A DNA stretch of 32,000 nucleotides. It comes from Psychrobacter sp. HD31 (GTDB taxonomy: Bacteria > Pseudomonadota > Gammaproteobacteria > Pseudomonadales > Moraxellaceae). The stretch lies in assembly GCF_051097895.1 (NCBI RefSeq), contig NZ_CP142525.1, positions 1,710,001 to 1,742,000 of the forward strand, given 5' to 3'. Below are positions 26,501-32,000 of the stretch, in pieces. Each line of letters starts with the position of its first letter. Within the stretch, counting starts at the first letter, position 1. The notes under the pieces were generated by a model. That model was not told the origin of the DNA. It did no database searches and saw only the letters and a list, made by a program, of their open reading frames with translations. The position numbers and the translations under genes were made by a program.

Positions 26501-26520
26501 GTGCGTGGGACGCACCCTAC
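26501..26520 (-). repeat. REP element (GTAG-type hairpin), upstream flank of the RayT gene, inverted relative to 25880-25899
   Basis: The plus strand reads GTGCGTGGGACGCACCCTAC, so the minus strand reads GTAGGGTGCGTCCCACGCAC. It forms a perfect GTGCGT-ggg-ACGCAC hairpin. Confidence 0.65.
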
Positions 26521-26625
26521 TTACTTAACAGCTCAAGGTTAGGCTAAATAAACAACTTGAGATTGCAAAAGTTGTTGATGTTTAACAACCCCAAAACAAA
26601 TATACATATCTATTTTTAGTAAATA

Positions 26626-27210
26626 TTACTTAGCCTGAATATTAGGTAATTCAATATTTCCAACTTTTTTTACAAGATTTGCCTTAGTCGTAACAATTGT
26701 ATTCAAAAAAGTATTTTTCTCTTCCTCATTTGATACATAGTTGCGATACGAGTAGGCGTATAGAACTAAATAATTTCCAGATTCATTTTTCTCATTTCTG
26801 TATCTATAAATATTCCATTCATAAATATTTCCACTACTTAAGATGAATTCAAGAACTATTTCTTTCCCATACTCAAACTTCTCGTAACTGACAATGGGAT
26901 TAATGCTTTTCCAACCTTCTAACTCATTAATTTTTCCATTAGCGACATATATTGCTGGAAAATCTCCTTTTATAGCTTCTACCATTAGCATTTTTTCATA
27001 CTCTGGCAAGCTGTCATTTTTTCTTAAATATTCTTGCTTATAATATTCTTTTGATGGATGAGAACTCCATTTAAGTTCGTATACTTCTCCATTAAATTCA
27101 ATTTCTTTTCCTATAGATAAATATTCAGTTGGTTCAGAGTTAGCGTTTGCAGTTGTGATAAACAATACACTTAAAAAACTAACTGCAAAAAATATATAAA
27201 TGTTTTTCAT
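26626..27210 (-). CDS. Hypothetical secreted protein
   Basis: Type I signal peptide MKNIYIFFAVSFLSVLFITTANA|NS. The mature part is rich in Y/E/N/K, with no motif I recognise. Confidence 0.55.
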   Translation of the reverse strand: MKNIYIFFAVSFLSVLFITTANANSEPTEYLSIGKEIEFNGEVYELKWSSHPSKEYYKQEYLRKNDSLPEYEKMLMVEAIKGDFPAIYVANGKINELEGWKSINPIVSYEKFEYGKEIVLEFILSSGNIYEWNIYRYRNEKNESGNYLVLYAYSYRNYVSNEEEKNTFLNTIVTTKANLVKKVGNIELPNIQAK

Positions 27211-27282
27211 GATTAAAATGTCTGTTTGAATGTTTGCTAACGTCTCGATAAACGATATGATGAATGTTTATTTGGAGTTATA

Positions 27283-27295
27283 AGTTAATGGTTTA
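27283..27295. repeat. Right copy of the 13-bp direct repeat AGTTAATGGTTTA
   Basis: Exact match to 24978-24990. It lies 158 nt upstream of the parE ATG. Confidence 0.6.
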
Positions 27296-27372
27296 TTTAA
27301 CAATATTATTTGTTATTTAACCAAATATCAAGCTAAAAGATAATACCAGCCAATATCTATAAATCCCCACAA

Positions 27373-27401
27373 TTGGTTATGTCGCCTTTTTTAAGTATAA
27401 T
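27373..27401 (+). promoter_or_regulatory. Candidate sigma-70 promoter for parE
   Basis: TTGGTT (27373-27378), a 17-nt spacer, then TATAAT (27396-27401), about 52 nt upstream of the parE ATG. Confidence 0.45.
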
Positions 27402-27453
27402 GGATTAATTGTTTGATATAGATGTATCGTAGGACTATAAAAATAGGACACCC

Positions 27454-29352
27454 ATGAGCCAAAATCAAAACTACAACGCCCAATCTTTAGAAGTATTAGA
27501 AGGGCTTGAGCCAGTGCGTCGTCGTCCAGGGATGTACACAGAAACCACACGCCCAAATCACCTAGCACAAGAAGTGATAGACAACTCGGTAGATGAGGCG
27601 TTGGCAGGCTATGCCAAAAGCATAAAAGTGCAACTGCATGATGATGGCTCGTTGTCGGTAGAAGATGACGGACGAGGCATGCCAACCGATATTCATCCAG
27701 AGTTTGGGCAATCGGGCATTGAACTTATTTTAACTCGTTTGCACGCAGGCGGTAAGTTTTCTACCAGCAACTATCAAGTGTCTGGCGGTTTGCATGGTGT
27801 GGGTATCTCCGTAGTTAATGCCTTATCTACCCGTGTAGAAGTGACCGTATGGCGAGGTGGCACTCAATATGACATGGCGTTTGAAAACGGCACACCCGTT
27901 ACGCCACTTAACGAGTCTGTTAGCTCTAATAAACGCAAACGTGGTACAAAAGTGCGTTTTTGGGCAGATGAGCAGTTTTTTGACTCGCCAAAATTTAGCG
28001 TAAAACAATTAAAGCACAACCTAAAAGCCAAGGCAGTACTGTCGGCTGGGTTGTCTATCGAGTTTGTTGACCATATCAATGATGAAAAAATAGTTTGGCA
28101 GTTTAGCGATGGCGTAATTGAATATTTAAATGAACAACTCGATGGGTTAGAAACCTTACCATCAGAGCCATTTTATCATGACTACGAAGCAGCCAAAGGG
28201 GAGCGAGCAGGGGCAACTTTTGCCATTAGCTGGTTACCAGAAGGTGGTACACCAATACAAGAAAGCTATGTTAACTTAATCCCAACGGCACAAGGTGGTA
28301 CGCATGTTAACGGATTGCGTACAGGTATTTTAGAAGCCTTGCGAGAGTTTTGCGAAATCCATAATTTATTGCCACGCAATATAAAACTGACAGGCGAAGA
28401 TGTATGGGATGGCGTTAACTATATATTATCGCTTAAATTTTCGGAGCCACAATTTTCTGGGCAAACCAAAGAACGTTTATCTAGCCGAGAGGCAGCAGGG
28501 GCAGTGCAGGCCATTGCAAAAGATGCGTTTAGTTTGTGGTTAAACCAGCATGCCGATATGGGCACACAAATTGCTGAGCTTGCCATTAGCAAGGCAGGCA
28601 AACGCCTAAAAAGTGCTAAAAAAGTGGCACGTAAAAAAATTACGCAAGGTCCTGCCTTGCCCGGTAAACTTGCCGACTGTAAAGGCGACTTAAAAGAAGG
28701 TGCAGAGCTGTTTTTGGTAGAGGGGGACTCTGCTGGAGGCAGTGCCAAGCAAGCACGTGACCGCCATTTTCAGGCAATTTTGCCATTGCGAGGTAAAATT
28801 TTAAATACCTGGGAGGTATCTTCTGATACGGTGCTATCTAGTCAAGAAATCCACGACATCGCCATAGCGATAGGTGTTGACCCAGCCAGTGATGATTTGA
28901 GTGAGTTGCGTTATGACAAAGTGTGTATTTTAGCCGATGCGGACTCAGATGGCTTGCACATTGCCACTTTGATTTGTGCCTTGTTTGTTAAACACTTTCC
29001 TACCCTAATTGAAGAAGGGCACTTATATGTAGCCATGCCACCTTTGTATCGTGTGGATATTGGTAAAGAGGTGCATTATGCCCTTGATGAACCAGAGTTA
29101 GAGCAAATACTCGCTAATGCGCCAAAAAACAAAAAGCAGTCCATCACTCGCTTTAAAGGGCTGGGTGAAATGGATGCCGACCAGCTTAGAGAAACCACCA
29201 TGAACCCAGATACCCGCCGATTGGTGCAGCTAGACTTAGATGACTTAAATCACACCAGTGAGGTGATGGACATGCTACTTGCCAAAAAACGCTCGTCTGA
29301 CCGTAAATCTTGGTTAGAACATAAAGGTGATTTAGCTGAGCTGGCTGTTTAA
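27454..29352 (+). CDS. parE: DNA topoisomerase IV subunit B
   Basis: 632 aa type IIA topoisomerase B subunit: LEGLEPVRRRPGMYT, the GHKL ATPase region EVIDNSVDEA...DDGRGMP...GGLHGVG, the Toprim motifs EGDSAGGSA and ILADADSDGLHI, and the C-terminal RFKGLGEM. Its size and position next to yqiA favour ParE over GyrB. Confidence 0.9.
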   Translation: MSQNQNYNAQSLEVLEGLEPVRRRPGMYTETTRPNHLAQEVIDNSVDEALAGYAKSIKVQLHDDGSLSVEDDGRGMPTDIHPEFGQSGIELILTRLHAGGKFSTSNYQVSGGLHGVGISVVNALSTRVEVTVWRGGTQYDMAFENGTPVTPLNESVSSNKRKRGTKVRFWADEQFFDSPKFSVKQLKHNLKAKAVLSAGLSIEFVDHINDEKIVWQFSDGVIEYLNEQLDGLETLPSEPFYHDYEAAKGERAGATFAISWLPEGGTPIQESYVNLIPTAQGGTHVNGLRTGILEALREFCEIHNLLPRNIKLTGEDVWDGVNYILSLKFSEPQFSGQTKERLSSREAAGAVQAIAKDAFSLWLNQHADMGTQIAELAISKAGKRLKSAKKVARKKITQGPALPGKLADCKGDLKEGAELFLVEGDSAGGSAKQARDRHFQAILPLRGKILNTWEVSSDTVLSSQEIHDIAIAIGVDPASDDLSELRYDKVCILADADSDGLHIATLICALFVKHFPTLIEEGHLYVAMPPLYRVDIGKEVHYALDEPELEQILANAPKNKKQSITRFKGLGEMDADQLRETTMNPDTRRLVQLDLDDLNHTSEVMDMLLAKKRSSDRKSWLEHKGDLAELAV

Positions 29353-29464
29353 CGAGCTTATCAACTATTTTTTATCCGCAGCAGTAGGTCGTGTTAAAAT
29401 TGTAACTAACGAATGCAATCAGCCAATTGTTAGACCTAACACCAGTAATCACCCAATCGAACTG

Positions 29465-29491
29465 GCTACTTTGTGTTAAATGCAAAGTAGC
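29465..29491 (+). terminator. Hairpin downstream of parE (weak terminator candidate)
   Basis: GCTACTTTG, a 9-nt loop, then CAAAGTAGC. The following sequence is only moderately T-rich. Confidence 0.35.
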
Positions 29492-29544
29492 TGTCTTAAC
29501 CGTATTTATATTAGATTATTCATATAAAACAGCAGGGATTTTAA

Positions 29545-30219
29545 ATGACCTCAAAGCCAGATAATGATAATCAAGCTTATCAAAATAAAGTATTAACACG
29601 TTATGACTTGGGTGTTAATGTACCCAAACGTGGCGGTAAAATTACCCCTTTGCTTTCGAGTGCTTTTCTTAAACTTACAGGGTGGAAGTCGGTTGGTGAG
29701 ATTCCTAACATTCCACAAGCAATTTGTTTGGCCGTCCCTCATACCTCTAATTTTGATGGCGTTTATGCCTTGCCTGCCATTTTTGCATTGGACTTTGGTG
29801 TCAAAATTATGGGCAAAAAAAGTTTATTTAAAAATCCGATTATGGCAAAGCTGATGCATTGGTCGGGCGTTATCCCGATTGATAGAAAGAAAAAAGGGTC
29901 TGTACTACAAGCCAGTATTGATGAGTTTAAAAAAGGAAAACCTTTGTTTGTTGGTTTAGCACCTGAGGGCACACGTGGTTATACCAAAGAGTGGAAATCA
30001 GGATTTTACTATTTGGCGGTTGGTGCGGATGTGCCAATTTTACCAGTGGCGATGGACTATAAAACCAAAGAAATACGGTTTATGAATCTTGTTTATCCAA
30101 CAGGCGATTATGAAGCGGATTTAGCCAAAATTTTGGCAATGTATGAAGGGGTTGTACCAAAAGATCCGACTAATTTATCGCAGCCTTTGCAGGATTTAAA
30201 GAAGTCTTTAAATAAGTAA
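29545..30219 (+). CDS. Lysophospholipid (PlsC-type) acyltransferase family protein
   Basis: HX4D catalytic motif (PHTSNFDG) and block III LAPEGTRG. Confidence 0.75.
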   Translation: MTSKPDNDNQAYQNKVLTRYDLGVNVPKRGGKITPLLSSAFLKLTGWKSVGEIPNIPQAICLAVPHTSNFDGVYALPAIFALDFGVKIMGKKSLFKNPIMAKLMHWSGVIPIDRKKKGSVLQASIDEFKKGKPLFVGLAPEGTRGYTKEWKSGFYYLAVGADVPILPVAMDYKTKEIRFMNLVYPTGDYEADLAKILAMYEGVVPKDPTNLSQPLQDLKKSLNK

Positions 30220-30258
30220 AGTGTTTAAATTAAAGTATGGCGCTTTAAGTTCCATTGA

Positions 30259-30340
30259 GGTTTAAGAAGCGATTTTTAAGGAGCTGGTTTTAAGAAGTCT
30301 TGTTATGTGGTGGGTTATGTGATGGGTTGAATAGGTTGAA
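30259..30340. repeat. Short tandem direct repeats in the acyltransferase/SDR intergenic region
   Basis: Three units of about 14 nt contain TTTAAG[AG]AG (30261, 30275, 30289). The tandem 12-mers GTTATGTGGTGG and GTTATGTGATGG (30302-30325) follow, with a decayed third unit. Confidence 0.5.
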
Positions 30341-30422
30341 CAAACGATAATGCCAGCACCCTACCTATATTTAGTTGTTTATTGCTAGATTTTAATAGCA
30401 ATGATTCAATGACTATAATTTT

Positions 30423-30461
30423 ACTGCGCCCTGTTTAACATGTTAAGTTAAACAGGGCGCA
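30423..30461. terminator. 16-bp perfect hairpin (terminator-like or REP-like) downstream of the SDR gene
   Basis: CTGCGCCCTGTTTAAC, a 7-nt loop, then GTTAAACAGGGCGCAG. It is GC-rich relative to its context. U-runs on both strands are weak. Confidence 0.5.
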
Positions 30462-30498
30462 GCGCAGGTTTTGCGATATGTGCGACTGTGATAACGGG

Positions 30499-31281
30499 CT
30501 AAAACTGGGGTTGCCCACTTGAAGCACTCACACCGCCATCGACAGGCAAATCAACGCCTGTAATCATGCTGGCATCATCACTTGCCAAAAAAGTAATCGC
30601 TGCTGCCACATCTTCAGGCGTAGCAATACGACCCAGCGGGCAACGGTCTAAATATTTTTGGGTTTTTTCATCATTATCTTGGATGTTGGTTGTCATGCTT
30701 GTTTTAGTAACACTGGGACTCACAGCATTAACTCGTACGCCATCATTACCATAATCCATTGCCATGGTGCGCGTTAAGTTAGTAACGCCAGCCTTTGCCG
30801 CATTATAAGCGGGCATCTTCCAGTCGCCACCAGCACCTGAAATTGACGATACGTTAACAATATTGCCTTTAGACTCAATTAAATAAGGTAAAGCTGCTTG
30901 CGATACATAAAAAGTACCGTTTAAGTTAACGTTAATTGATTGTTGCCAGTCATCAATACTTAGCTCGGTTACTTTGCCTTGTATGGCTTTACCGGCATTA
31001 TTGACTAAGATATCAATGTGTTCAAAACGCGCCATCACAGCGTGCATCATTTTAGTCACTTGTTCATAACTGCTGATATCGCAAGTAATGGTTAAATAAT
31101 TATCATCATGTATCCATGAATGGTCTTGCGGTAGTAATTCGGCTGTTTCCATGAGTTTTTCTTGATTGCGACCCACCAGCACCACTTCAGCACCTTCTTG
31201 TGCAAAACGAATGGCGGTTGCACGCCCAATGCCAGAACCTGCACCTGTAATGATGACCGTTTTATTTTTAAAGCGTTTCAT
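30499..31281 (-). CDS. Short-chain dehydrogenase/reductase (classical SDR)
   Basis: Cofactor motif TGAGSGIGRA, the NNAG motif, and the catalytic S...YNAAK. Confidence 0.85.
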   Translation of the reverse strand: MKRFKNKTVIITGAGSGIGRATAIRFAQEGAEVVLVGRNQEKLMETAELLPQDHSWIHDDNYLTITCDISSYEQVTKMMHAVMARFEHIDILVNNAGKAIQGKVTELSIDDWQQSINVNLNGTFYVSQAALPYLIESKGNIVNVSSISGAGGDWKMPAYNAAKAGVTNLTRTMAMDYGNDGVRVNAVSPSVTKTSMTTNIQDNDEKTQKYLDRCPLGRIATPEDVAAAITFLASDDASMITGVDLPVDGGVSASSGQPQF

Positions 31282-31503
31282 AGCAATCCTTTATTTTAAA
31301 AATGTATTATTGTGTATAGGGTTAGTTTAATAAAGATGTGGCAGAATTGCCAATGTTTGTTAATGTCGTTAACTGATGATATGGCTGATAGTTAGGTTGC
31401 CGAGGGTTGTTGTGGTTTAAACGAAACATGCAAAGAGGCATGCGTGGTTGCTTATTTTTTTAAAAGCCGATAAGTGTTTTACCACTTTAAAAACAGCACA
31501 TAA

Positions 31504-31536
31504 CAAAAAACCCAATCATCATTGATGACTGGGTTT
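31504..31536 (-). terminator. Rho-independent terminator after the tRNA pair
   Basis: The minus strand reads CCCAGTCATC, a short loop, GATGATTGGG, then TTTTTTG. Confidence 0.75.
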
Positions 31537-31562
31537 AGCGTTACTCAAAAGAGTAAGAATAG

Positions 31563-31638
<76 letters not shown>

Positions 31639-31744
31639 GCAATAGAGTAATAGTTAAAAAACTATTTACAAACGCAAGAACATTTTAAATGTGTGCCTAG
31701 GTGCTTGCGTTGTCCTTACGAGTTCCTAATATTATTAGAAATAT

Positions 31745-31820
31745 TGGTGGAGCTAAGCGGAGTCGAACCGCTGACCCCTTGCATGCCATGCAAGTGCTCT
31801 ACCAGCTGAGCTATAGCCCC
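31745..31820 (-). tRNA. tRNA-Ala (anticodon GGC)
   Basis: The minus strand reads GGGGCTATAGCTCAGCTGGTAGAGCACTTGCATGGCATGCAAGGGGTCAGCGGTTCGACTCCGCTTAGCTCCACCA. It is 76 nt with the G3:U70 identity pair, and the anticodon loop is AT-GGC-AT. Confidence 0.92.
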
Positions 31821-31836
31821 TCGCTTGGAAGTAGTC

Positions 31837-31873
31837 ATTATAAAGAAAAAATAATGCCTGTCAATTTTTTTTT
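31837..31873 (-). promoter_or_regulatory. Consensus sigma-70 promoter with an upstream A-tract, driving the tRNA-Ala/tRNA-Glu operon
   Basis: The minus strand reads AAAAAAAAA-TTGACA, a 16-nt spacer, then TATAAT (-35 at 31859-31864, -10 at 31837-31842). The -10 element ends 16 nt before the mature tRNA 5' end. Confidence 0.75.
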
Positions 31874-31880
31874 AATCTTT

Positions 31881-31923
31881 TTTAAATAAAAAACCAAACC
31901 CTTGTGTTTTAAAGGTTTGGTTT
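31881..31923 (-). terminator. Rho-independent terminator of the gene entering from the right edge
   Basis: The minus strand reads AAACCAAACC, a 13-nt loop, GGTTTGGTTT, then TTTATTT. Confidence 0.6.
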
Positions 31924-31958
31924 ACTTGTTTTATCAAATATTTAGGCAGGTTTTTCGC

Positions 31959-32000
31959 TTATTGCAAAAAATCTGGCAAAGCGGCGGCTGTTTTTTCTAA
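31959..32000 (-). CDS. Possible 3' end of an unidentified gene (13 codons plus stop)
   Basis: The minus-strand frame is open from the window edge and reads LEKTAAALPDFLQ-stop (TAA 31959-31961). It is followed by the terminator above. It is too short to identify. Confidence 0.3.
   Translation of the reverse strand, partial: LEKTAAALPDFLQ

Larger units (their letters stand above)
24991..27282. other. AT-rich islet of about 2.3 kb inserted between yqiA and parE (three minus-strand genes)
   Basis: It is bounded by the 13-bp direct repeat, and all cargo is antisense to the flanking core genes. Hand counts give 17 G+C in 25081-25140 against 29 G+C in 27481-27540 (parE). Confidence 0.55.

Noticed and set aside
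27377-27685. 102-aa minus-strand ORF spanning the parE start
   Set aside because: It is antisense to the highly conserved parE N-terminus and to the candidate parE promoter. The translation is low-complexity and rich in Leu, His and Cys.
30351-30370. Possible third REP copy (GCACCCTAC, 30356-30364)
   Set aside because: Only 9 nt match the REP tail and there is no adjacent hairpin-forming partner. It is most likely a chance match.
31282-31562. 281-nt SDR-tRNA spacer as a possible sRNA or riboswitch locus
   Set aside because: It contains only weak 4-5-bp stems (around CATGC at about 31427-31447) and an isolated T-run. No promoter-terminator pair could be supported from the sequence alone.
31701-31889. 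62-aa plus-strand ORF
   Set aside because: It lies entirely antisense to and across the tRNA-Ala gene and its promoter. It is a by-product of the structured tRNA sequence.

Overview
The window looks like a chromosomal segment of an AT-rich gammaproteobacterium. ApbE, NqrM and NhaD suggest a marine Alteromonadales- or Vibrionales-like, sodium-cycle organism. All calls come from reading the ORF track and the DNA by eye against remembered orthologues and motifs; no searches were run.

Most of the window is ordinary core genome:
- a convergent histidine kinase fragment and NarL-type regulator
- two transporters (EamA family and an unassigned membrane protein)
- oppABC with a separately encoded fused ATPase
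- apbE-nhaD-nqrM
- an MFS transporter, avtA, tusA, xerD, a DUF1289 protein, yqiA and parE
- a PlsC-type acyltransferase and an SDR oxidoreductase
- a tRNA-Ala(GGC)/tRNA-Glu(UUC) pair driven by a consensus promoter

Two regions deserve a second look.

1. An AT-rich insertion of about 2.3 kb sits in the normally contiguous yqiA-parE junction (24978-27295) and is bounded by an exact 13-bp direct repeat. It carries three opposite-strand genes: an orphan HEPN-like (RNxxxH) protein, a REP-associated tyrosine transposase gene flanked by inverted GTAG-type REP hairpins but broken by two small indels, and an orphan secreted protein.

2. A redox cluster spans 3085-9071. An Rrf2/NsrR-like regulator faces, across a perfect 12-1-12 palindrome that closely matches the NsrR box, a same-strand string of five genes: Aer-type PAS-only protein, CysJ-like diflavin reductase, repeat-containing unknown protein, TehB and a second methyltransferase. 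A stand-alone flavodoxin that is a clear paralogue of the reductase N-terminus lies next to the regulator.

No CRISPR array, rRNA or prophage was seen.
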